From Takakia lepidozioides (lineage: Eukaryota > Plantae > Bryophyta), in NCBI GenBank assembly GCA_030704615.1, contig CM060731.1, forward strand, positions 87,606,001 through 87,670,000: DNA of 64,000 bases, given 5' to 3'. The first letter of the stretch is position 1. Each line of letters opens with the position of its first letter. Below the pieces are notes generated by a model. That model had not been told where the DNA came from. It saw nothing but the letters and a program-made list of their open reading frames with translations, and ran no database searches. Made by a program: the position numbers and the translations under genes. This document shows positions 34,515 to 44,524 of this stretch, piece by piece.

Positions 34515-35798
34515 ATGTGTCTACTGAAATACATATTCGATGTGCAGCCTGTAAAATCACGGAGAGACACTTCGTTCCCGAGTCGGAGGTCCAGGTCTAG
34601 GGTTCCTGAGGATAGCAGCTTGGAGTTAAGCACCAGTACGTACACATCCAGCCAGGTGTCAAAAGAGTCTCAAGTCTCAACCAGCAGTACATCATCTCTG
34701 GCGGGCCTCAAGGATATGCTCTCAGATGGTGCACACATTTTCAGCTACAAAGACATTAGCAGAGCGACTGACCATTTCAGCTCTTCAAAGAAAGTGGGGA
34801 CCTCAGTTTTCCGGGGTATGATCCACAACATGGACGTGGCCATAGTGGTTGACAAGAAAGGGGCCATTCATACAGATTTTACTGCCGAGATCAAAAACTT
34901 GTGTAGTGTGCATCACTCCAATCTCGTGAAGATGATTGGTGGGTGCATGAGTGGAGACCAAGTCTACCTTGTGTACGAGTTTATTGCAGGTGGAAACCTG
35001 CGGCAATACCTCCACAGCAGCATCTCCCCAGGCTTCTCAGCTCTTCCATCGTGGACAGGCAGACTTCAGGTTGCCCTTGATGTGGCTAAAGGCCTTGAGT
35101 ACATCCATGACCATACTCACACACCCTTTGTACATAAGTATATAAAGAGCAGCAACATCCTTGTGGACAGCGAACTGCACGTCAGGATTGCAAATTTTGG
35201 AGTTGCACGGATTAGGGGAGAATTTGCCACAGATTCAGGGGCAGGGGTAGCAGAAGCCCACACATCTAGTAGCGGAGAGATATCTGAGATAAGAGGACAG
35301 GAGACTCCCAAAAGATCCTTGCGGTCTACTGCACGGTCCCGCAGCATCAAGATAACTGGGACACATGGGTATATGGCCCCTGAGTACGTCTCTGCTGGGT
35401 TAGTCACGCCGAAGCTTGATGTGTTCTCCTTTGGTGTAATATTGTTAGAGATTCTGTCTGGCCAGGAAGCAGTAAAACTCCAGCCACTCACAAGGACAAA
35501 TTCTTATCAGAAGACCTTGCTTCCTGAAGTTATTGGAGCATTTTTTGCAGACAGCCACCCAAAGAGCAGGCTGCGGACATGGATGGATCCTCTGCTTAGG
35601 GATTCTTTTCCTCTAGATTGTGCATTCAGGACTGCACAGTTGGCCAAAAGTTGTGTGGAACCCGACCCACAGTTAAGACCGCCAATGCGAAACGTCGCAA
35701 TGACTCTTTTGCAGATTCTTATTGCATCTCAGGCATGGGAGGAGAACATGTTAGCTTCCAAGAACTTGCAGATAACCAACACAATTGAGGCACGCTGA
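34515..35798 (+). CDS. Receptor-like cytoplasmic kinase related to LysM-RLK (CERK1/LYK/LYR) kinase domains; probable pseudokinase
   Basis: Intact 427-aa single-exon ORF; FSYKDISRATDHFS, VHHSNLVKMIG, YLVYEF, W..RLQVALDVAKGLEYIHDHT.TPFVHKYIKSSNILV, GTHGYMAPEY, DVFSFGV, C-terminal ..IEAR; no signal peptide or TM; candidate 5'UTR intron acceptor at 34478-34479. Confidence 0.93.
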   Translation: MCLLKYIFDVQPVKSRRDTSFPSRRSRSRVPEDSSLELSTSTYTSSQVSKESQVSTSSTSSLAGLKDMLSDGAHIFSYKDISRATDHFSSSKKVGTSVFRGMIHNMDVAIVVDKKGAIHTDFTAEIKNLCSVHHSNLVKMIGGCMSGDQVYLVYEFIAGGNLRQYLHSSISPGFSALPSWTGRLQVALDVAKGLEYIHDHTHTPFVHKYIKSSNILVDSELHVRIANFGVARIRGEFATDSGAGVAEAHTSSSGEISEIRGQETPKRSLRSTARSRSIKITGTHGYMAPEYVSAGLVTPKLDVFSFGVILLEILSGQEAVKLQPLTRTNSYQKTLLPEVIGAFFADSHPKSRLRTWMDPLLRDSFPLDCAFRTAQLAKSCVEPDPQLRPPMRNVAMTLLQILIASQAWEENMLASKNLQITNTIEAR

Positions 35799-36305
35799 GC
35801 TTAAAGAGAGCCGCCATCTCATTTCTCTTTTTCCAATCTGGTTCTGTCATAGAACCCTCAATTAGCTGATGTTCACTGTTGAATTGTATAATTTTTACAA
35901 AACTATACTCTTATTTTACACAAGGGTTAAACGAATGCACATTTTTCCATTCTTCCTGCGTGCTAACTGTCTGGTATCGTGTCTGTTTGATGATGTGAGA
36001 CCAACAACAATGGCAATGGTTGAGACTGCACTATTCAACTAAAGCAGCACTTGCACCTGCACCTGTTATTCTTGCACCTGTTATTCTTCTCTTATCATAG
36101 TTTCTCTCCCTATTCTTTCCTCATCTCTTCATTGGTATAATTTCCTTGCACACTTACATGGATGTATATGGCTTCAGAGTCATAGGCACTAATATGAGCA
36201 TCATCTATCTCTCTCTCTCTCACCTTGCCAAAGTAGAGTTTTATGGAAAACTCCCCTTCATGTTTTAGTTTTTCACTTTGGCACCTAACTCCAAAAATGG
36301 TCATT

Positions 36306-36440
36306 GGGCCAACTTGGAGCTTCGGCTGTTCACCGGTCTCCCCTTTGCTCCCCGTGCAACCCTCGACTACGCGAGCTGAGTGGAAATTCCCTTTGGTTGT
36401 AGGCAGTCCAAAATAGGCTCCTCACACTTTTGTCGCTTTC
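36306..36440 (-). repeat. Old fragment of a family A LTR
   Basis: GGGCCAACTTGGAGCTTCGGCTG..AATTCCCTTTGG..GGCAGTCC matches the reverse complement of ~24215-24362. Confidence 0.75.
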
Positions 36441-36599
36441 CAAAATACTTCACCGCCTGACATTGTCCGTGAACACCTTCACCGGGTTGGAATTGTCATG
36501 GTTTCACTCATGGTTAACTAAAATTACCTATTTTTAGTTAATTATGATATTTTGGATATTTATATTTGTATTTTATGTGTTGGGACTTCATTTGGTCTC

Positions 36600-39431
36600 A
36601 TATACCAAATGAGGTGGCAAGCCGCACTTGGGACATGGGGATAGTGGCTGCAAAAGGAGATTCTCTCGGTGTTAGACATGAGCTTGAGGAGCAGGGTCGC
36701 ATGCGCCATCTATGGGCCGAACAAAATGGTGTGGACCCGAAGGGTGTTGTACGGTGGAAGTATAGGCGCGCACCTTGGCAATGGACAAATGAGGAATACA
36801 AGAAAGTGATAGCCACCATAAATGATGTCCGAACACCAACTGGTTATGGGTCATCCCTTCGTATGAAGTTCAGCGAAAAAGACGGGGTCCATGGTTTGAA
36901 GTCTCATGACTACCACAATCTATTGCAAGACATCTTGCCCATTGCAGTACGTGGGATATTGACTCCCGAGGTTCATGAGACAATCTATAGATTGGGAGGC
37001 TTTTTCCGGTGGATTTGCTCCAAAAAGTTGGAAGAAGCAGATTTTCCACGCATGAAGAAGGAGGCGGCGGAGGTAATGTGTATGTTGGAGATGCACCTTC
37101 CTCCCTCCTTCTTTGACATCCAAGTGCACTTGGTTGTACTTAGTGGAAGAGGCTTCGATTGCCGGTCCCGTTCATTCTCGGTGGATGTACTTCCTTGAGC
37201 GTTATATGAAGACTTTGAAAGGATTTGTAAAACAAATGACGCACCCAGAGGGTAGCATGGCGGAGGGGTATATGTTGCAATAAGCTATGTTCTATTGCAC
37301 GGAGTACATGGTAAGGATGGATGAGGAAGCCCCTCGGATGTGGAAGGAAGAGGAGGATGCACGAACCAAGGACATCGTTTTGCCCAAAAAATCGAAGAGG
37401 GTAAAATTGCCGACCTTGGTGATTGAGCAAGCGCATGACTTCATACTGAAGAACACCCCATCCATACATGAGTGGGAGGCAAGATACAATAATCTTGTTT
37501 AGCAACGAGAGCAGGAGACCTTGCATGGAGGCGGAACCATTAAGGCCGGTTACTAGACCCCACGACGAGGAGCGGCCGCCGGAATGTTCCTTCACAAAAT
37601 TTGCCCATAGAATTGCAGCCTCTAAGTTCATTCCAACAGTGGCTTCGGATTTCAGTTTATGACGCCGTTGCTCAAGGAGAGGTGATTTCAGATTTGGTGC
37701 AAGACATTGCAAGGGGCCCCTCTCAATTCGTGACCTCATACACGGCGATTTGGATTCACGATCGTCATTTCCACATTCGTCTCTTGACATGAAGCGCAAA
37801 ACAACCTTTGATTCTGGCTTGTGTGCTACATATTGGCAAGACCCCGTGTGGGGCAAGGGAGGATACACGACCTGCTAGGAGCAAACTTGAGTACATTGAG
37901 AGCTTGAGAGCATACCCCTTCAACTATCCAATTACTAATGGGTCAACCACCAGTTCACCACATCTTGTGGGGCCCTCCGCAACACTAGTGTAAAATGATT
38001 GTGGTTTCATGTGCGTCAATGCAGATAGGCTCAACCCTACTCATCGTCCCTTCGATGAGCCTTTTTCATGGCCTTCAGACATGGAGCAAGTTTTCTTCTC
38101 TGATGACAAAACAAAAGGGGGAATTGGAAGGTGGTTGTGATGCTCAGCCAAGAGGAAGACGTATCTATCATGGTCTCGATCTCCATGGGGTGAGGCAATT
38201 GCAGTGGACGGAGAACTAGTCATAATGATGCTGATGCTGGAGGTTGGGTAGAGGGGTAGAAGAGGATATGGCACCCGCGGACAATGCATCCGGACCCTAT
38301 ATGATGAAGCTCTAGAAGATACAGATGTTGGAGAAGAAGACGAAGACACGGCCATTGGCAACGAGGTGGAGGATGATTCCGAGGTGTCTTTTGAGGGCCG
38401 GGCCATTTATGATGATGACTCCGATGACCAAGAAGACTTGCAGCTTGATGAGGATGAAGAAGCTCCGGATGATGATGTTCAAGTTGATTAGACACAAATC
38501 AAAGCTACATAACAATTCTCGCACCGAATGCACCCATCCCTTCCGATTGATTGTACATGTACCTGCATATTGTACTTTATTTCTATGATTGATCAAATAT
38601 GGCTAGTGGCTGGTAGTCTTTCAAGAAAGAAGGCAGAGGCAATGAATATGTTGGATCAACACATACAAATGTGGTATCAGCGAATTATCAAAATGAATGT
38701 CACAATCTACAAGAAGGTCCACAACAACAAGCTAAACCATAAAGAAAAACAACACCCTACCCCAGTACCATATGAAAAAAAAAAACTAAGAACCCCCAAG
38801 GCCCTAAACCTAACCCTAGAAAGCATGCCGTCGTTGCCTGCGACCCCCACGGCGTCGCCATCTGCGACGCGATTTTTAGGATTTAGAGGCTGGGGGTCGC
38901 AAACGGTGACGGCCAACCGTCCGCCAACTGCAACCCCTGTTTTTTTGAATGGATTTATGAGGTATGGGGTTGCAAACGGCGACGGCCAGCCGTCGCAAAC
39001 TGTGACCTGTTTTTTTGTTTTTGCAAGAATAGGGCAGCCTGACAGTTTTGCGACCCCCCGCCGTCGCCAGGGCCTTTTGCCTTCACCCGGCCCCCCATTC
39101 CAACCCGATGCGTCCGGCCCTGGGCCGGCGGCGTAAGAAAGGGCTGCGATAAAAGAAAGGGCAAAAGGGTTTTTTTTTTCGGCGTTCCGACAACCGTTCG
39201 TCGCAAAAAGGGCTGCCTTCTGCCCTTCGTTGGGTGGGCGACGCTTGGGCGTCGCATGGAAGGGCTGCCTTTTGCCCTTCATGCCTCCCGTGCGATGGCC
39301 AGGCGTCGCCGCCCTGGCCCCGGCGCCAGGTGGCGATCCGCGGGAGGTTTTGGCTGCAACGGCTCGCGCCGCGCGGGGCGTGGGGGCGCAACAAACACCC
39401 CCCCCCCCCCCACCCACCATTTGCTGTAGTG
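36600..39431 (+). mobile_element. CACTA (En/Spm) remnant: transposase C-terminal part, subterminal repeats and right TIR
   Basis: PTGY..GLKSHDYH, LPPSFFDIQVHL, GPVHSRWMYFLERYMKTLKG, PEGSMAEGY; repeated GTCGCA/TGCGAC motifs at 38830-39400; ends CCATTTGCTGTAGTG (reverse complement of CACTA) at 39431. Confidence 0.88.
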
Positions 39432-40620
39432 GATTGATTTGACTGGCCAGTAACTTGTAAGTTGAGTTGGAACCACTCTTGGTTGTACATTGGTGTGGAA
39501 GAGAGCAAGAAGATGTCTCTTATCACCATAGGCAGCTAACATGTTGTTGGCTTCCTTCCATGCTCCTTCAGTTATTGAGAGTTCGTTGTCCCACACTTTG
39601 ACCTTTTGGTGCAACTCTAAAAGTTGCTGGTCCTTTTGTTCATTGAGGCGCTTCAACTCCTGGATGACACCCTCATTGCAACAAAGAGTATTTTTCATGT
39701 CCGCAATGAGTGCTCCCTGCTCCAGTGCCTGTGCCTTTGCCCATGCATAACCTAGTTTTCTTCTTGATTTTCTCATCAGCTTGTTCCAGCTTAGCCATTA
39801 GTGTGGCAGATTGCATGGCAAGTTTCTGGTTGGTTGCTGCCAACCCAGCATTAACGACTTGCAGTGATGCAAGAGTTTCTTCATGCTTGACTTACAAGAG
39901 CTGTTGTTTGTGATCATCCTGTAATTACTCCTGCTTAAGGCCTGCTTTGATTAAATTCTTTTTTTCAAGCTGCAAGGCAACATTAGACGCATCTAGGGCT
40001 TGCTGTAATTTGAGGCTCGCCTCAACATCAAGTTTGGTCGCCCGCTCGGATAGAATTCAAGCCTCAAACTCCTGTTTGAGCTCCTCTTTCGGTGCTGCCA
40101 ACTGTGTTGAAGGAACACGAGTCTTAAAGTAGTTCCCCAAAAGGTTAAGGGTTCTGCTTATAGAACATGACCATGGCCTGCTGCGGATCTTCCTGCGGAC
40201 CTTGCTTTGGTTCATCCTGGTTATCAACAGCCTGGTGTCTCGCAAACCATTCAGGCCAAGTACCCACTTGACTCTGCACTTGTTCAGCCTCAACTGCTGA
40301 AGGTGCAGCTTCACCTCGGGCCTGTACCGTTTCAACCTCTATCACAGGTTTGGCTTTACTCTACACAACTGGAATCATCTTGGACAGAATTGGTATCTTC
40401 GGAACTATTGAAGGCTTGACTATTCCATAGCTTTCATAGAGAAGATCATCCTTCTCAATATCCTTCACTATTCATTCCTTAGTGGGAAAGTCCAATCTTT
40501 CCCTTTCTGAGGAAAGGGGTTCGGGTCTAGGAGCAAGACCGAACTGTGTTACCTGCGGGGTAACTTGAACAGTTGGGCTGTCAAGGTGACCTCTTCCTCC
40601 TGCTCCACTGCTTGCACTTC
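39432..40620 (-). pseudogene. Degenerate acidic-linker plus coiled-coil ORF, homologous to 20600-21000
   Basis: ERLDFPTKE*IVKDIEKDDLLYESYGIV vs EGLDISTTEQVVAEIEKGDLLYENSGMV, followed by a long heptad-rich region. Confidence 0.6.
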
Positions 40621-43600
40621 CTATAATAGTGATAACACCTAAGTGTCAGTGCCACGAGGGCAAGACAGCTGAAGCCACGAGGGTATATGGCGGGTAGTGA
40701 TTTACTCATACTACCCGGCCATGAGGCAGAAATGGCTAAGTGCCCGGCACTTAGCAGCAACGAAACACGGGATACACTACCACGAGAAACAGTAGCGGGT
40801 AATATAGCAGCCGTGAACCACGATATCACACAGCCACGGTAGCATAGGCTTTATGTCGCACACCTCACTTCGGTAAGCTCCCCTTCAAGTCATAGTTACT
40901 CACTTTGATGCACGCGCCTAACTACCAAACTGGCCGTCGGGCCCACTCGGAGCTTCGGCTGCTCGTCGGGGCATAACGGTCCCCCTCACACTCCCACTCA
41001 ACCCTCGACATGTCGCAATTCCCTTTGGTAGATGGCAGTCCGGAACAGCTCCCCACACCTTGGTCGCTTTTCGGCTCGCACGCTTACTCACTAGTTTTTG
41101 GTCACCAACGGGCTTGCACCGTTCTCGGGGTTACTACTCCCTATATATACTCAGTGTAGGTGTCCGCGGGGGTTCCACAAGTAGCACCCTCCAAATCTAG
41201 TGCACCACCACTCAGACCCTCGATCGTCCCTGTGGTGAGCCGTGGTGAGTCTTGGCGCATCCACCACCGCCCCAATGGACCGTGGTGAGTCCCAAGACTC
41301 CCCACGACTCCCACCACAAGGCCTCAGCCTCATGGTGAGTCCTATGTCACCCCCACTACAACTCCCTACGCCATCACCACCCCTCGTGGAGCCCCCACCA
41401 CCGCCACCCGGTTTGCGGGGCTCCACCTAGTGAGCGCCACTGCCTCCTTGAGTGCCTTCGGCACTCAAGGGTGCTTCAGTCCCCTTTCCTATTTGCTGCC
41501 ATTGCCCCCACCATAGGGGCAGCCCCTCTTGTGTCCCGACCCCCCACCCTCAAGGCAAAGGGCCGTGACACACACCCCTACCAACGAGGAGTCGATGTCC
41601 TCATAGACTTGTCCCTTTTTGTGGAAACTAACATCCAAGTTGTGGCGTCCCACATCAAGGAGTTTGTTTCCGTACCATGGCGTCCCATGGCAAAGAACCA
41701 AACCCCCACTTCTCCACTAGTTAGTTCGGCCGACTTCCTCCAAGTCCCGACCAAGGGTGGAGCCTCTCAAGCTCCACCCAGTGCACTCTTCTTGGCCCAC
41801 TTCAAGGCCAAGGAACGATCATCCCCGAGCATTGAATCGCCTTACTGCAACAACATTGCTTGCGACTGCTCATGATGCCGCTTTTTTGGCATCACCTTGA
41901 GTAAGGGTTCACCTTGAACCCTTTTTGACTAGGAAGATAACCTTGAACCAACCATGCGTCCCAATCACTACAATTGGGTCTGTCTTGGAATGTTGGCCTG
42001 AGGTACAGGAACACGTCAAAGCCGCACTACGACTTCGTCCCGAGGCTACACGATTATAGTACGTGAACGGAAGCACGTAGCTTCCATGTTAGCCCGCACT
42101 ATAAGGCAACCCCCTCGATAGCGCAATTATAGTACGCGCACGCGCCAGGTGCGCACTGGCACGTGAACTCCCAAAGAAGGCGCAAGTTTTCTTGCCCCTC
42201 GGATGGGAGTCACCCGATTTCGGCACTGCGCAAACACACGATTAATCCAATTTACCTCTCCCACTTTTGTAAGCTAGCATGCATTCTACACACTAGCCAA
42301 TCATACCATGCATCACCATTCCAAACAAAATAGGAAGCATAACATTTGGAAACCATTTTATTTCTAAATAAAATTTGTACAACACAAGTTTTTACAATCG
42401 GATTCCTGAGCTAGCTAAGTCGGACTAAGCATGCATTTCCTCCTCCACAATCCAAGGTTGATGTCCCCATCAACGCTTCTTCCGCTTTTGAGGTCGCCCT
42501 TCGAAAGCTGCAACCGCCTCGGATGCGTTTCCCATTTCTGAGGCACGCACCCAAGTTGCCTCCACTTGATGATAGCCCTTCCATTTCACGAGATACCCCG
42601 TTTCTCGATTCTTGAACCTCCTCGACTTAAGCACTGCCTCTAGCTCGTACCCGGGTTCATTTTCATGATCCAACAGCACAAGTAGTGGACGCAACACTTG
42701 ATGCCGATTCGGACGCGCTTCATCTTTGAAACTTGTAAGGCTTCAAAAGGGAAACGTGGAATACTGGATGCACCTTGCTGTTTGTCGACATCTCCAATTC
42801 ATACACATCCTCATTTATAACCTTCCGGATGCGAAAGGGCCCCGCATACGGAGGTACGAACTTCGGACTCACTTCCGGAGGTAGTCAAAAATTCTTGATG
42901 TTCAACCAGACCTCCATGCCTGCCTCAAACTTAACTTCTCTCCACTTCCGATTCGCCTGCCGTTCATTTCGTTTTCTAGCTTTGGCAATGTTGTACTTTG
43001 CGAGCTCCAACAAACGCTCGCGTTCTTCCAGCACCGCTGCTGATGCCGGCTCCTCACCGTCTTGGGCATCCCAACTTATCGGCACCAAATGTGCTTTTCC
43101 ATAGACCAATATGAAAGGGGAAACTCCCGTTGCAGAGTGTTTTGTGTTATTATAACAGAATTCTGCCGCATCCAAGTGCTCCATCCAGTCCGACTGGTCT
43201 ATCGACACATAATTCCGCAAGATCTGCTTCACCACGGAGTTCACTCTTTCTGTTTGGCCGTCCGTTGTAGATCAGAAGGCCATGCTCATCTTGAGTCTCA
43301 TCCCCATCTTCTTCCAAGGTACCCTCCAAAATTTACTTGTAAACTTTGGATCGCGATCCGAAACAATATCCTTCTAGGAGTCCATGATGTTTGAAAACGT
43401 GGGCGAAGTAAAGTCGCCCCGTCTGCCCCTGTGAGATGAAATGGTCCATTTTACTGAACCTATCTGTAACAAGGTAGAATCTAGAAGGTTCTAGATGAAG
43501 GAGGAAAGTTCCCTAGAAGTTTCCACAATAATTAGGAAGGATCATAAGAAGTTTGACTTGAGGATCTCAAGTCAAACCTCTAAGATATTCATATTATAGA

Positions 43601-44039
43601 GAGTAGGTCAAATCTTTGATAAAGTCATATTGTAGAGAATATGTTAAACCTAGGAAGGTTGACTTTAGCAAGTATCTTTGATAAAGTCGTATTGTGGAGA
43701 ATATGTCAAACCTATGAAGGTTGACTTTAGGAAGCTTTGACTTGAGGCTCTCAAGTCAAACCTTTAAAATAATCAAATTGTGAAGGGTATATAAACCTGC
43801 AATGAAAGCCTAGAAGGCTCAAGTTGTTTTGGGAAAAAGTTGAGAAGTACTTCTATTCTAGTTTGTGTAGATCTTGGGTGTTACAATGGTATCAGAGCCT
43901 AGTCTTTCTTAAAGTTGGGAGTGATTACCTTCTTTAGGAGGATTCGATTAAGATGTTTTTAGAGATTTTTGTTGTTAACATTTTAAAGTGTTGAATAGAT
44001 AGTAGTGATGGTGCGTCATAACGATAGTATAAAAATTTT

Positions 44040-44240
44040 ATGGACTTAAATCAACCTCATTTCCGTGATTTTCCTTCGGAGTGTGAGTTTAAAATTATAT
44101 GTCGTCGTAAAACAGAAATTAGAGATATGATAGTACAAAGATTTGGAGAGGAACAATATCAAGAAGTGTTACAAAACCCACGACCTGTCGTCTTTCCTAT
44201 AATTAGAAATTGGAATATATACATATGTGTATATACATAG
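44040..44240 (+). CDS. Small leader ORF a (66 aa), unknown function, paralog of ORF b
   Basis: ATG..TAG intact; 17 identities over its first 54 residues to ORF b with one 2-aa gap. Confidence 0.65.
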   Translation: MDLNQPHFRDFPSECEFKIICRRKTEIRDMIVQRFGEEQYQEVLQNPRPVVFPIIRNWNIYICVYT

Positions 44241-44243
44241 CTC

Positions 44244-44471
44244 ATGGATCGAGGTAGACATTTTCTGCCTATTTTTCCACCGCCAGATGTATTTAGTATC
44301 AATGTGCGCGCCATCGACAAACATCATCTTGTCAGATTTTTAGTTACAGAATTTGGGGTAGAATTCATGAACCTTGTCATGAGTTCAAACGTCCCTTTTG
44401 TATTACCAATAGTCACGTACGATATGGTTTGGGATTGCATTATTTACATATTGTATTATGATAAGAGATAG
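44244..44471 (+). CDS. Small leader ORF b (75 aa), unknown function, paralog of ORF a
   Basis: Starts 3 nt after the ORF a stop; shared MD..FP....F.I..R..K..V..FG.E....V.....P.V.PI pattern. Confidence 0.65.
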   Translation: MDRGRHFLPIFPPPDVFSINVRAIDKHHLVRFLVTEFGVEFMNLVMSSNVPFVLPIVTYDMVWDCIIYILYYDKR

Positions 44472-44524
44472 TATACATTAATTTTAAAACACAAACACCA
44501 CGAAGGAATGAGTAGTGGAGCAAG

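Noticed and set aside
38707-39529. Long ORFs (237, 148 aa) in a GC-rich block
   Set aside because: They overlap CACTA subterminal repeats and run across the TIR; no protein motifs
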